64,000 nucleotides of DNA, taken from assembly GCA_977030845.1 (NCBI GenBank), contig OZ365113.1:13020001-13084000 (forward strand). The letters are read 5' to 3'. This stretch comes from Fimbriosthenelais zetlandica. Lineage: Eukaryota. How positions within the stretch are numbered: position 1 is the stretch's first letter; every line of letters starts with the position of its first letter. Below are positions 37,201-52,200 of this stretch, piece by piece. The notes beneath the pieces were generated by a model that was given only the letters and a program-made list of their open reading frames with translations, made no database searches and was not told the origin of the DNA. Made by a program: the position numbers and the translations under genes.

Positions 37201-40200
37201 GTCTGCAAAGGATGGACGTGATGCATACCTATCTGCTACATCTATCACAGATGACAATCTCAAATCTGAAAAAAAAAATTCTCCTCGTGCAACAAAAGGA
37301 TTGATTGATTTTGGTTTTCCTTCCCTGTGGACAGCTGATAGTGATGACTGTTGGGTCTGTGATGAGCTGTAATAATATTATAATGGATTTGGCCGCCAGT
37401 TGTAGTAGCATCACTAGTACCATCATCATGGTACCTATGTCTACCTGTGATGCCTCCAGCTTTGTTTACCACTCCCCGCCTACACTTGGCCCAGAACCAA
37501 GCCAGGAATATCTCCTCTCTACACACTTACTCTCTATTGTAAACAGTGTGCCTCTGAAGTTGCTCAATTCCTTACTCCATCCATCCTTATTTTTACGGTT
37601 TGGAAAGCAAGTCTGGCAATTATGAGGGCATGACTTTGTAAAACAACACGCTCTCTGATTTTTCATTCCTGCTTTGTGCCTCTCAGTCACTTCGTCTTCG
37701 TGTTCGTTTTTATATAACAAGGATCTTTGAATCTGATTTATATAAGAATAAGCCATGGGAAGGTTTTATCTGCCAGCTTACTGGAGATTGGCGTACTGGT
37801 TTATTGAATCTATGAGGCAAAGTCATCGTTAATTTTCACTTTTTGTCGGTTATGCTCACTTCTCCGCTGGGGAATAATCCAGCAGGGCTTGACATCAACA
37901 ATTCTCAACGTTTAAAGAGTAATTTACTTCATTTTATAAATTGATGATCAGCAATAGATGTGACCATGTTTCGCCATGTTTTAGCTACTCGTTCTGGTGA
38001 AGTAATACCTCCATACTGCAATTGCTTTGGTAGATTTTAGCAGAATATGAGCTGATATGATCATAGTTTATACCCGGCTGTACAACTATGACCATTACAC
38101 GACTAATAAAAGCTGCAAGCCGCCTGGTGGCCATCGTAAAAAATCATGATTACAAGATTAGTTGACATAACTCCGGGCAAAGCTTTACAATAAATGATCA
38201 AATTAGGGCACAATAAAAGTGAATGAGTAGAAGGTGGACGCGGGGATGAGGAAGAGAAGAAGTGTGCTTTATACCGTGGTGTAGTGGCGAGGTAGTGATG
38301 AATCGGCTCTAAGGAGAATATTAGCTTGGACGAGCTACCTTTATCACGTTGTCATAAATATAATGCTTAGTAAGGCCTTTTGTTGGCAGCTACTCGAGTG
38401 TACAAATTCAGTTCCGATGAAATTGGATTGTTTTTTAATCACCGCCTGATGCAAAATGTCACATGGATGCAAGCTCAATATAATTTGTCTCATGCCGAAG
38501 GAAAACCATGAAATCGTCAATTATTCAGTGAGATAAAAGTGAGTAATGTCTCACGGTAAATGAAACATTATGGAGACCAATGAGTCGCCCAGAATTTATA
38601 TTTAACGATTCAGTTGTAATCAAACATTGGAATGTCTTTGCATGCCTCGTTTGATGCTTCCTCAGTTGAATATATATTCAGATCTAGCTATTTCCTATCT
38701 TGGAGCCTAATCCCTGGTAAATGGGAATTCATCCCTGCCAAGGCGTCCAAGCTGTCTGATCCAGGAAGAAATTCCCTCCTGCCCAGAATAGCCTGTGGGA
38801 TTTATGGCTTTATCATTGCCATGCCCCCCCTGGGCGCAGCCTTATTGACTTTGTACTCGAGAGACAGTGACAAGTCAATATGAGGGAGGCATTAGTGCTA
38901 ACGCTAGCATGGCAATAAGCCTCTACCATGTACATTGTATCCAGGGGTGGCAAATGAATGATAGCTACAGATGAATGTTTGCTCCTCTAACCCCGTGTTA
39001 CCAGATTTGTCATTACTGTATTGATATTAAACACTGTGATTTTCAATCAAGCAAAGTTCCAATCCATCTTCTGGATATCTTACTAAAATAACTAATTCAT
39101 CTCTATTATAGAGATTACAAAGATTTTTATGAAGTTGTATTCTCCAGATCCTTATTTCCCATAAGGCCATATATATACTTCATTGTCTGGTTTGTTATGC
39201 AGAGCAGGCCCTGTCTTTCCATTGCTATATTGCAGATTAAGCTGCATAAATATGCCATTGCCCTCATTCACATCTATTGTAGAGAGACGGGTTAGTCACC
39301 CTGTGAGTAATATGCCACCAGCTCAATGATGGAGGTCTCTCTCTCACTGACGATGAAGCTGCACACGGAGTCACAAGGGGCGTTAGAGAGAGCCCTGTTA
39401 AACATGATTATTTCTTGGCACACACCACAGGTTTACACACAGTGATGGATTGTTCTCCACCGCTGTGACAGACGGACAATGACCCTTTGGGAAAATAGCT
39501 TCTTACAAATCCGGGTGTACACAATCTTCGACCTATTTAACAGCACTTTGGATTTGGCAGTGGCCTAGGTCTTATAGGACCAGTTTCTGATCAAGAAATA
39601 AAAAATGAAATGTTGCTAATGTATTGCCAAAAAGACAACTTTTGATGTGCATAGCCATAATCATGCCATCGACTTGAAATGCATACAAAGTCTTGAACAT
39701 CATATGGCCACATTTTCTCCATATTATGTGTCCTACACCAAAAAATGTTGCATCATATTTATAATAGGAGTCCGTAGTGTGGACTGTCTGGTTGGACCTC
39801 GGGAGCAGGTGTGGGAGTGGGGGCTAAGTTAATTAACGTTAATGAGACCTACCAATGTGTGGTATATAGTTTCAGGAACCAGGGATTTAAATCCTGGTAA
39901 ATTACATACTAACAGCCTCCACACGAGACTCTTGGAGGGGCATATCACACATGTGGTCTACATGTCGGTGTATAGTTCACCTCCACAATGGTGGGTATTG
40001 ATTATCTACTGACCTTTTGCACCTGTTCTTTGCCCTTCTCATTGCCCTTACCTTGCCAAGTAATGTATATATTCAGAGAAGAACAATCTTATTTCCTTGT
40101 GTATGCTGGTCAAATGCTTTGCACATCTGAAAACTTATCATGTACTGTCAAGGAAGTGGCGCAGGAAATGAGTGAATCTCTCTGCTGGGTTCGACCTTCC

Positions 40201-43200
40201 ACCGGGGAAAAAATTGGGCTGCATAGTCCATGCTGGATATATACTAACGATCAAGGGATATGCATGGTCCACACTTTATTTCTAAATTTGTTAAATTGTT
40301 AATTAATTTATTCATGGAACAATAATTATATATGAAGGACTAGCCGTTGTGCACCTTGGATGTGAAAACTCAGTAAATTCCTGATATGGCAGGATTGCAT
40401 GAACGGCTCTTGTTTGTCAATTGCATGTTTCTTGCCCATTATTGTTTGCAGTTTTAAAATGCATCACTTCGACAAACAGCGCTAACATGTAAGCTATCAT
40501 TTACTGTTAAGCAATATGATCCACGGTTCTACTATGAGAGATATGCGATTCAAAATGCACATAATTAGTTCCATTTTCCATGTATGGCTCCATTTTCCAT
40601 CTTTGAATCATAAGAACATGATGGTTCGAAGAGAAAGATCAAGTCCGCCAACAGTTTGGGATTTTTGTTCATTCAGGCATTGGAAAGTCACGGGATCTTC
40701 CATAATTACAACCCAAACAACTGTGACTGTCAGCAATGCCTTTGCCAGCAAAATATTTGCTCATTTCCTCATGCAAATGACCTCTATTGTGGCATGTGCT
40801 CTTGGCAAATAACCTCGTCTTATGCCCTTCCTTTAAAGGACACCTAGGTCTTTGTAACTTCAGAGGATATGACTAGAAGTATCTATTGCCTGCTGAAATC
40901 GGCCCTCTTTTGGTGGGAGAAAATGGCTCCTTTTCTACGATTGCTTTCGGAGCTCTTCCAGCAAGCAATTGTCTGGAAATGGCCCATTGACCCATGCTGA
41001 GTACAGAACATTGCCTCCCTCAAATCCCAGCTTTTATGGACTACTTACGAACGCTGGCCCAACGGTTAGCCGACTGAATGGTTAACTGTGGGAGGCTGGC
41101 ATTTCAGGGACTTCTAAAGGGACCTCTACCAACCCGAGCAATAGTTCACTCTGTCTGTGGTGCAAGCTGCATGCTTTATCTGATATCACTGAATATTCCA
41201 TTAGAAATTTGTTCCAAAGCATCAGAATTCACCAATTGATGGCGATAAACTAAAATCGAATTGTCTCTCTCCATATATATACATTGGCTTTGCACTGTGT
41301 TCTAAGAATTTACAAAAAAAATGATGTAGGCTTGACTCAGGGCATAGTACCAAGTTTGGAGTGAGCTGGAATGCATTGGTGTAAAGGGTATTATTATAGG
41401 CTGCCACTGTACTGTTGCCATTAAAATGTGGCTTAGAGCGAGTCAAAACGACCCATAATAGCTTACAGTGCTCTTCAGAAGTACCCATTATACAGGCCAT
41501 TTATAGGACAAATGGTCAGATAATTTCTAATATTACACGCTGCTATAAATAATGGATTTAAAAAAAGCAAGACCAGAAATATTATTTATAAGCTTTCCGA
41601 CTATTATCCCAGACCAATTGCGATCGATGAAGGTACTATTTTCTCTCGTTCATCTCAATATAGGCAAAAAACTTACTGTTATTTCTAATTGCTTGTGATT
41701 TTTTCAAGGTCTCTCAAATAGACTTGTGTATCTGGGCGTTTGGAGGTTTGAGAATATAGTGTCATTCAGTAACGAGGGTGACGGCCGGAAGAGATGCGCG
41801 CTTTATCTCAGCTTGTTGTTTACGGTCATTGAAGTTTGACATCTGGATGTCTTGATAAAACTCCTCGTTATCATCAGCCCTTGGGTGGGATTTGTGCAGT
41901 AGCCGCTCCACAGAGGAGCAGATTATCCCATAATCTGATGCTTAGTGGCAGCTGACGGAACTGGAGCAATATTGGCGAGTGGTTAGTCTCACTCTCTATA
42001 CAAGTTATGTACAAACTCAAAATGGTTAGGATGATACGAGGTGACTGAATCAGTTCATAAAACATGGTTGAAGCACTCGGTAATTCCCCTGTCGGCTTGG
42101 GGCATTTAGACCTGACCAGTTTGTCCCACTGAGGACATCGGAACCTGACATTTAAAAAGATTCAATATAAAATTTCTTTTCCGACGACGGGTCCGCTTTC
42201 AATTCTTCAAGAAGAGGTGTTAACTTTTAAAATGACATTAATCTTGTTGCTAGACATAATGTTTTTCCCACTGTCTACTTTAAGTATCGGATCGCTCACC
42301 AGAATCTAGTCTCAATCCAACTCCAACAAATCACTCGCTACACCATTTTTGTCTAGACATGGATGCACTATCTTGATCCCACCTACACCACAGACAACTC
42401 CATTCTGAGCCCAGAACAGCCTAGACACTGGTTACTGACTAATTGACAAATACATACTAATTGCCCATCTACATGAGTGATGCAAAGCAATCAATGATTC
42501 AGACAAAAATAACTTAATTGCTGCTCCAAGTGTGGAAATAGTTCAGTCTAGTGGAACTGATTATAAACTGCCTTATTTGGACTTGCAAGGGCTTGGTTAT
42601 GTGAACCGATAGAGACGCATTCTAAAGCGCTTTCTTTATGAAGTAATTATAGAGCTTCATACATCAAAAGCCACTAATGATTGCTCCATAAAGTTGGATT
42701 AGGTTAGGTGTGATGCAAATGCTTATGCCGTGGTGCTGCCCTTCAAAGCAACATTTACTAACAGAGCATAATGCATGGAGAGAAATATTCACCCGCACCT
42801 TTGCTTCCCATAAATATCACGTCTGTTGATCACACATTTGCAAATTTATGAGATCAAGGTGATTTGTCTTTTGCTGTTTTTGGCTACTTTGCCTAGCACC
42901 TGATGTTTAATAGCAAAATCTGGAACTGTTTACTGTAGATCTGTGGAAATAATATCAGACATCATAGGGACTTTTGAATTGTGCTGATCCGGTCTTGTCC
43001 CCAAAAATGTTGACATGATGGAATATGCCTTAGGCCTTGTGAACATTTACAGGGTAACCTTCTGAGCGAGTCATGGACATATAAAATGTGTAGAAAGCAC
43101 TAAGTGATATAATTGATCTCCCCATGCTTGTATGATTTCCATCATTGTGTTTGATGGTTAGCAGTATAGAAGGTCCCACCATCATCTCACCTCATGAATG

Positions 43201-46200
43201 TCTTGCATGAGGTTTGGTAAACATTTTTGCCCACCCCGGGACTGAGTGGCATGGAGTCAGCATTGCTGCTTGAGTGGGCACTGGAGACCTGAAATGCCTG
43301 TCCTGCCTGTACTAACAATGCCTGGACGCTACCAGGCCACCTTTATACTGATTAGGATGGGGATATAGCTAATCGTGCCTGATGTTCATTCTCTATATAT
43401 AATGGATTTACAACATAGGGCGGTTTTTCATGAACATTCTCTAAAGGATTGTGTAGGTAGTCATTTAGGTAGCATCACAGTTCAACAGGTGAATGTTGCT
43501 AATATTTGACCAGTTGCCTGTTTGGGAGTTCCTCTACATCATCAATTTTGAGATCTTCTATAGCGTGACCTATACCTCTATAGTCCCGGGTTACGGGTCC
43601 GCTATCCAATCAACGTTTAAGCCATAAATCTCAACCCCTCTTCCTAACCCTACCTTCTCCCACTCCCTAGGGTTGGCTCGCACCTCGTGGGGGACGTAAA
43701 AGGGTATTGGGCTAAATTAAAGCAGCCATAATGAGATGAGGTGAGAGGCTGCCGTCCACAGCCTCCAGTTAGCCAGGGAAGGTTATACTTCTAACCTGTC
43801 CTTCCTCCATGGAGTGATACCATTAAGTCACTAATGCCAATGTCTTTAGCCTAACTTGATTTAGTCAAGTTTAAAGCGTCTGTGAAGGAAAATGGTTTGG
43901 GTTAACTCGGGATTCCTTCAAACTTAAATTCTCCTTAACACTCCATTACATTCAGTTTTTCAGTTCCTCCCCAAGTCATCTTCTCTTCAGGAAATAATTG
44001 CCCTTTTACCCTATTCTCATTTTCAGGGACATGCAAAAACCCCCTCACATGTCTTTCTTGTTTTTTCTTCAGAAATTCAAAACAATGCTGGAGCAACAAG
44101 AGGAGGAGCTGGCTTCTTACAAAAACTCACGCCACGGATGCGGGGCTAGTGGTGCTGGCGATTATGATTCACTACAAAAAGATAAGCAGAAACAAGCCAA
44201 AGAGATCCACATCTTACGTAAAACGGTGGAGGAGATGGAACTGCGGATAGAAACCCAAAAACAGACACTTTCTGCGCGAGATGAAAGTATAAAGAAACTT
44301 CTAGAAATGTTGCAGGTTAGTTGAGTGTCTAATTAACATTATTTTCAAAAATCTTTGATTAGCCTAACTTGGGAGGGGAGTTAGCTCAGTTGGTTAGAGC
44401 GCCAGCTCATACGGGGTGATTGACCAATGATCGAAGGGTCGGCGGTTCAATCCCCCCGAGCTGTCCAAGGCATTTCCAATGCCTCCCTCATCAGGGTGTT
44501 GGTGTGTTGTACATACGTTCTAGAGCACATGTACCTAGAAATATCCATTGCAATGTAGAAGGCAATGTAGATGTGCACGTAGATAAAGAGCCCCCAGCTG
44601 AAAATCATACGTAAAACTTGAATTATCAAGAGTGTGAGCTGGCTTCACCAATAATATGGCTCTATAAAAATTCCAACTAAAAAAAAAAATTTCAATTTAA
44701 TGGAAACGTCAATTGCCTTTTTCCAAATATGAGATATATGTGTGATCTTGGGTGTTTCAGAGTAAAGGTCTGACAACTCAACACGTGGAGGAAGATAGAG
44801 CAGAGGTGGAGCGCCTACAGCTGAGGGTACTGGAGGGCACGCAGCGGGCGCGACACTTAGAATCTGCCCTGGAGGAAAAAGAGCAGGAACTACAGCAATT
44901 CAGAGAGGTAAGTTCTCACTTCTCTTCTCTATAGAGGCGCCTGTTACATCAAGATACAGGTTGTAGATAGATCGCAGCTGAAGAATCCATGAAGAGATCT
45001 CAGGAGTTGGTGAGACTTTCACAAGGGCCCTGCTATAGTGACTGTCTTCAGGCCCTTATGCTACCGGGTGAGGTTCAACCGTTTCCTGTAAAAGACTACC
45101 AGACAATGAAAATTCAGATAACATTTTGTAAACTACTCACATAATTCAGCTATGGGAGGATGTATTCCACAGAAATCTCTTGAATACTTGAGCTTGCAGT
45201 CTTCAATTGGTTGAAATAAATCTTGGACTTGGTGGAAATAAGTTGAACAAGGTCAATTGTAAGCTTCCTTTCATCTGCATCTCAACATGCCTACACAAAT
45301 CCACTGCTCCAGTCATGGCAATAAACATTGTCATTACCACACCAGCTTTTTGGCCACTTATTCAAATGAGTTGCTGGCTTTGGTTAAAAATAATGGAAGC
45401 ACGTGTGAGCTGCCTCAAAAAAGTGAAAGAAATTGTCACTAATGGCTTCAATACATCTTCTAGCTACTGCTTTTCTCCTTCCTTCTGAATAAGTAGTGTA
45501 TCTCTTAAAACAAGGTGTCCCTTTGCGAGTGAAAAGGTCCTTCTCATGGACTCAGTTTTCATTTTAAAGGCATCAATTCCATTCAAACCAAGACCTCATG
45601 ATGAAGATAAAATATCTTCACTTATTTGTATACTGCAGGCAATATCAGCATCCATTTTAAAGTGATGTTGACAGCTTTCAAAATGTTTAGTATCAGTCTG
45701 GAATTGAGAACCTTCAGCTACTGACCAATTATACAATCCTGGCCTGATTTCATGTGACCTAAAAGGATGCCATCAAAAGAATGGAAGAAACATGAAATAT
45801 AAAAATGATTTCTATGATTCTTATCGAGGATGCAAATCAGTATTAACGGCTGATTTGAGATGGTCTTTTAAGAGAGCATTATTTCCGGTGCCAGATCAGG
45901 GATTTCACTCACATCTGTCAATAGATTGACTGGGTGCAGTTACTTTATGCCGAGGGAAGATCTGATTTTTGTCGGCAGAGAATTTAACGTTAAGACGTAT
46001 TAGGTTGTTGCTTGGTTATAACTAACAAAATATCCACTGGAAATCATCCATTATACAATCTGCTCATGTAGAAATAGATCCGCTCCTTTATCATCTATTA
46101 TAGCTTTCTTCCTAAATAAAGCTGAAACGAACTGAGGACATTAGCTGGAAGAAATTTGATCGCTCAGTATCCAGACAGGCATTAAAATCTAATGCTATTA

Positions 46201-49200
46201 ACTTTCAGGATTCACTTTTGGGATCCTTTTGTGAGGATGCTCACATCCTCCTCTCAAACAACCGTCCGCATCACAATACCAAAGCCACCTATCAGAGTAC
46301 CATATTCCTGATAGAGTAGCAGCCCCATGCCTCTTATTGACCAGCTGTGTGATTACCAGTCGTCACAGACATTCCTTCTCTCTTCTGTTTTATTTGCTCA
46401 TTTCGTCACTCAGGAATCTTTTCTCACAGTTCTTTGTCACTTTTCTCGCCATATGCACTTCCCTCAATCTCCTGTCCTACTCTTAAGTCTCACAGTCACT
46501 CTGCAGTGTCTCGTCTCATTTCATTGAGGAGAGTGAACGATTAAAAGCCTGCATGCTCTGGCTTCAGTTGTAGCCACTTTAGCGTTCATAACAAAAAGTG
46601 CCCGCTTTAAGCCTCTCCCTCTAATATTGCCCCATGCTAAATACCACTGCCTGGGAGCTACCCGGCCCCCACACAACTTAAGTGCCAGTAATTTCCCTCT
46701 CATTAACAGGCCGATATTGTTTTATCAGAATGTCAGGGGTAGCCTGCAAGCACCGCTACTGCTACTGCTGCAGATTCAGTGGCTTATAGTACAATTCCTG
46801 CCATTCACGCAGGTCTAAGTTTGCCCTGATATTACGGACCCCTCTGTATGTTGCTCTATCTCTCTTTCACTAATGTGTTCACTTGTAGATCTCAGATGCG
46901 CCCCTTACATGCATGACCGATGCATACTACTTATGCAATCATTTTCTACCTAGTATATCCTTCTTAATACAACTAGCACAAATGGCAATCTTAATTCTTT
47001 GCACATCAAGGCCTGGATTTAGTCTACTACTTAACTAAAGAGGTCTTTGGAAACTCATTACAGATGGGAATGATTTGCATTTGATAAGGCAATTGTACTT
47101 TCTTCTGAGTATAATGGTCATGATGAGGATGGTTGATGTGCTGGTGTTTTGGTTTGAATCGTGTTAGACTAACGACACTGTTTCCTCTCTTAATCACTCT
47201 GACTTGACTGTCAGGCATTATGATTATCTTGTCAGGGACAGGATGGAACTTTGGATAGGGTGTAACAAAAATCTCCAGGCTGGCAATTATTGGTGTGTCC
47301 CAGGGCTGCTGGCAGGGGCCTGATAGGCTATCAATGAAGAGAGTCACTACATGTCTAACGCTCTCCTACTCTTTCTCCTCTCCCATTTGATGTTACTTTA
47401 AGTATGGCAAACTGTGTACAGTAACTCTTACAAGTTATCACTATTGTCTTTTTCACGAATGATTATCACATTCCTTATTAGCTCTGCTTTTTGAAAAGCA
47501 TTGATAAAGTAGAGACGTGGTAGCCAAAATGTAAGGTGGTACGCTAAATCATGTAACATTGTTTCATGTCTCTGTGCTCACTTGATATTCAGAAATAATG
47601 CTGTTAGCATGTTAAACCTGATATCAATACAATTACTCTTGTGACATAACCTATTTGTTAATCAAATAATATATCATGTCCAACTTTGCTGACCTTGGTG
47701 CTGAATAGTTTAGTTTCCTCCAATACGGTTTCCATCAATGACCTTTTGTCTCGTCCACATTACATCAAGTTATTGAGGACAGACAGATTATTCCCCACTG
47801 CAGGCTTGTGTATGTTACAATCCTCCAGTGAATACCACTACAAGGACCAGTCACCTATTGATATATTGACTTGGCTCCACACTTAGTCTCTTCCAACTTT
47901 ACATCTGCGCTCCAGTCAACAAAGGTCAATATTCAAAGTGGATATAGACTGATATAACTGTCTCATACCTTGGGAGTAGATGGTATTGTGATATAACTGC
48001 ATTATATATTTGGAGCTTTCTGACCATGCAGTGTGACCCAAGTTTGACCTTTCATGTGCGGTTACTGTATTCTAGGATTGCTTTTGATCTAAACCACACT
48101 TGTCCTATAGCAGAAGAAACAGATCTGTTCACTCATAATTCTACTATTCGTAAACATGAATCCATTAAACTCTTGTATACACTATTTCTCATGACTCACT
48201 ATTATTATTGAGTCATACATCATATCACCTATTTTCCTTTTCAATGAGTTGTTCTAAATTTCAACAAGAATAGTTTCGTGTACCAATTTATAATTCCATG
48301 CAGCTTCCTTGTGTAATCGCCTTGGCTTGAAAAAAGCCTCACATCACATTTCCTCATGTGATATGAACCAGGAGACAAGATCCATTAGGCGGCAGACCAC
48401 GCCAATACCAAGCTAATGACTAGTACCACTTCCTCCATTCCACCTCAAATGGCAAGTCTAAGTACATTTTCGGTTTAAGGCCCTCCTTTAAGACAGGCAG
48501 AGAGAGAGTCTAATCTACTTGGACCTGTCGCAGCTAACACACACCAGCCCTCTGCTCTCTGGATTAGTGTAACGCCACAAACCGTTAGCGACAGATCCAG
48601 AGTGGAGACGGCGTCTTAGAGAATTGTAAAATTCACAAACACCTGTGACACTCACAAGCCGGCCATGGATTTCTCATTGAAGCAGGTGCACATATGGCGT
48701 TTAGTTTTTCCTGGCTAATTAACTTACGTATTTCAATATCGATGGACCCTGGACGTTTTTGTATTCTGTTAATGATGATGGAGATGTGAAGGTGTATCAT
48801 TAAATATATATTTGTATTGACGAAGCCCCTGATTATTCTATTCATATATGTTTTAGGAAAGAGAGATATACCGACGTTCTTGCTCATGATTTATTTAAAC
48901 GTAAAGATTCTCTTACACCATTGAATACTTAGTCACTGAATATCCTTAACCCTGGTCTAATATAGGATATAGAAAGAGACCATACCTGGATAGGGTTGAG
49001 GGCCTGCCTAGACGGTAGACCAGCGAGATTCAACCCTCTCCTTAATGGTAGGGTACTCTGACCCTCCCACTATCCATCAGCCAGAAAGCAATTAAAATTT
49101 AAACCCATGTAGTACCAGACGGCCTTCAGAAGACTACCCATGTCAGAAGAGTCAAGGCCGGAAATTCTTCATGATTTCTCATGGCAAAGTATTTCTTCAA

Positions 49201-52200
49201 TATTGAATTGGTTCTCTATACATTATAAATAATTTATGTGTTATTGCCAAGTCCAATATAAAAGAAAGTATATGATGAGGATTTTTTTCTTGATATAATC
49301 CCCTCATTGGACTCATTGGACGGCTAAATTGCCCCTTGTAGAGTTGAAATATAATCTATAGTCCTGGATGGTGCGCTGTTGATTAATCTTTAATCATGTA
49401 GCAATGGGAATAATATGATAAACAGGCGCTAAACTTTAGATGGTGAATTAAGTTCTTGATATTACAATGTATATCTGAGTTATACTGATCGGATATATAA
49501 GGTCTGGCTTGTCAGATTCAGTCCCGTCTGGAGCCTGAATAAATGTTCATGAATATTTAGTCTGATGCAGATAACCATCATGACATTGTTACTGAATTTA
49601 AAGGCCTTTGCTGTGGTAGCTCTTCTTTTCCCCTCGGGATGCCTGTCGCCGTATCAGAAGTCATTTAAATCTAATAGCTCAGGCAGAGTCGTAGAATCAT
49701 TTCTTATCACGATGATTTCTAACTAGCCTATACAACTTTTTGTCTATCCATTACTTAATGGACATCTCCAGAAAAAAATCTCTACGTTTAAAGCCTGATA
49801 GACACTTGCAAAATATGTAAAAACAGGAAAAATGACAATCTAGCATATGGATAAAATGCTGTGGCCTTACGCTGGCTTTTGCTCTGGCGAGAAACAAGTT
49901 TGTATTTATGACTTTGACTACGGCCTCATCGAAAAGCTATTGATCACAAGAGCAGGCGATATCCGGGAGGATTTGGGACGGCCACTACGCCTCTAACTCA
50001 CAACGCCTACATGTCATAACTAGATGCTACGGCAACTCTCATCCAACCTACAGCTCCATCCTTCAATCCACTCTAATAATATGCGATGAAAACGTGGGTC
50101 AATTTATAATGATATATCCTGTTTAATTTAAATGCTTATTAAAAGGCAAAAGCCATGCATGCATACATATATATGTTTGAATTACCAATGAAGGATCGTA
50201 AAAGGCATTCTGGTCTAAAGTTGTGAGGTAGTGTATCGGTGTGATTATAATAATGATATTAGTATTTACATTCAGTCATACACCGGATCAATCTCATGAA
50301 TACATAGATCTCCTACTTGCTATGTAGTCATGTATGTAAACATATAACTCTCCTTCCAAACGATGATGATTTCATGTTATAAAATCATGCAGGCAGTGAT
50401 TGTAATACATGTTATTTTTAATCAAAATTAATTTTCGTATTTCTATTCTCAGTCACTGTTGACCTTTCAAAGTTGAGACATATTGCAGGAACTAGTTGTT
50501 GTTTAGTTATAGGCATTTGTGGATGGAGCCATATCCCCCACCACCCCCTCATCTCTACCCCCACTTTCCACTATCCACAGAGACATCCTGGGAGAATAAT
50601 TTGTATTCTTGCCCATCGCTGTCACCAGCAGCCTGACTATCGCTGTTGGATGCGATAGCGTTGGTATGTGCCGGGTAGGAGATACCATAATTGTCGCCTT
50701 GTCAGATTGCTATGAAAGCTTTGCAATGCTTGGTAGGAGAACCATTTCTGTCTCCAGCAAGATTTGAATGTAAATGCATTGTAGATATGGATAGTGAATA
50801 ATTCACGATAGGCAACCATGTAGTCTGGTTATCGAAAGAAAACCCCACCCTGTAACGTTCACGGTCTTACATTAGTGGAAGGATGATGGCTCTGCCTCAA
50901 TGGGATGATTCCATTCAGAATTGTCTCCTGTTCCATTCGGTGAAGCTATAATATTTGAAAATCCGATGTAATATTACCTTGCTTTAAAGCTGTAAAACCC
51001 CCTATGGCTTTGGGCTTTACCCTTCACATTACTACAAGATTTATCTCTTGGACCATTGTATTATTTTTGCCCTTTCCAAGCAATGGAGGCATGTAGATTA
51101 ACTCTGGTTGGATCGTAATGGTCTTGTAGAGCCATTGGCGGACTAATTGTCTTCATATTCAGCCACCTCTTAATTATTTCAGTCTCCAGTAATGACCTGT
51201 AACAAAGCTAAGTGTTAATCGTATCCCATAGTGGGAGTTTTTAATACTTTTCCCCCGAACTTATGCAAGAGCTGATCAGGAGCACATAAGAATTAGCATA
51301 AATTAGGTTTTTACCCCGACCACACTTTCATTTTCTACAGTATATTGAGTGGAGAGAAAGGTAATTAGAGACTTTCTCCATCATAGTTTATTGGGGTTAA
51401 AATCTCATGGGGATTGCCTGGTCCCTTTCGTAGAAACATTGTGTTCGTCGAGGGCACTAAACTTGCAGCAATTGCTTTTGCATGAAAGATGCCCAAAGCT
51501 CTGTGTTACTTTGATATCTCCGCTTTATCAATGAGAAGTGGATGGACAGAGGAATGAACAAGGTCTTTCACAGTACAGGTCATGGGGGAGACATTCTTCT
51601 ACAGCCGCCTGGGCCAAGCAACCTGCTGGGGCTCATATGTCAACAGTAGGAGTGTGTGTGGGTGGCAAGCAGCCCCGGATTTCAATAGTCAGCCCACGCA
51701 TCTGCTCGGTTATAACTGGACGGAAGACTGGAGCCTTGAATGGCCTTTCTCCCTCTTTCTAATCATTTATATGAAGTGTTAATGAACTTAGCTCAGGTGG
51801 TGCTGCTATGCTCAAGCTTTCTCCTGGTGCCTCAGTCGCCTGGGCTTGTTAAGCATGCAGTTCCTGTGAAGTACCTTTTAAGGGCAGGGAAATGCAGCAC
51901 AATGTGTGTTTAGGTCCAGTCCTGGGGGATCTTTATGACCCTTGTATTTGAATAGCTATATTCTGAGGCCCAGGCAGGCTCCCTTTATGAAGATGTATGT
52001 CTGGCCATTATTTTCCACGTGAGGACATTCTCCACGGGGCCAGGTTATTAGGATCTTGAGTTGCATAACTTGCTGATCTTCTTGTCTCTTAGGGACTCGT
52101 CTTGACGTGCTTTTCATAATATATTTCTTTATGTTATTATATTTCTCTATAAGATATTCCTCTATAAAACTGCTCGCAATCCAATGAAATGTTAGGATGT

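Noticed and set aside
40155-40200. A-box/B-box-like words (TGGCGCAGG...GGTTCGACC); lone A boxes at about 41055 and 51788
   Set aside because: The spacing is wrong or the partner box is missing, and there is no second copy in the window.
49847-49996. 49-aa CpG-rich small ORF (MDKMLWPYAGF...)
   Set aside because: No homology, splice or repeat evidence; within chance expectation.
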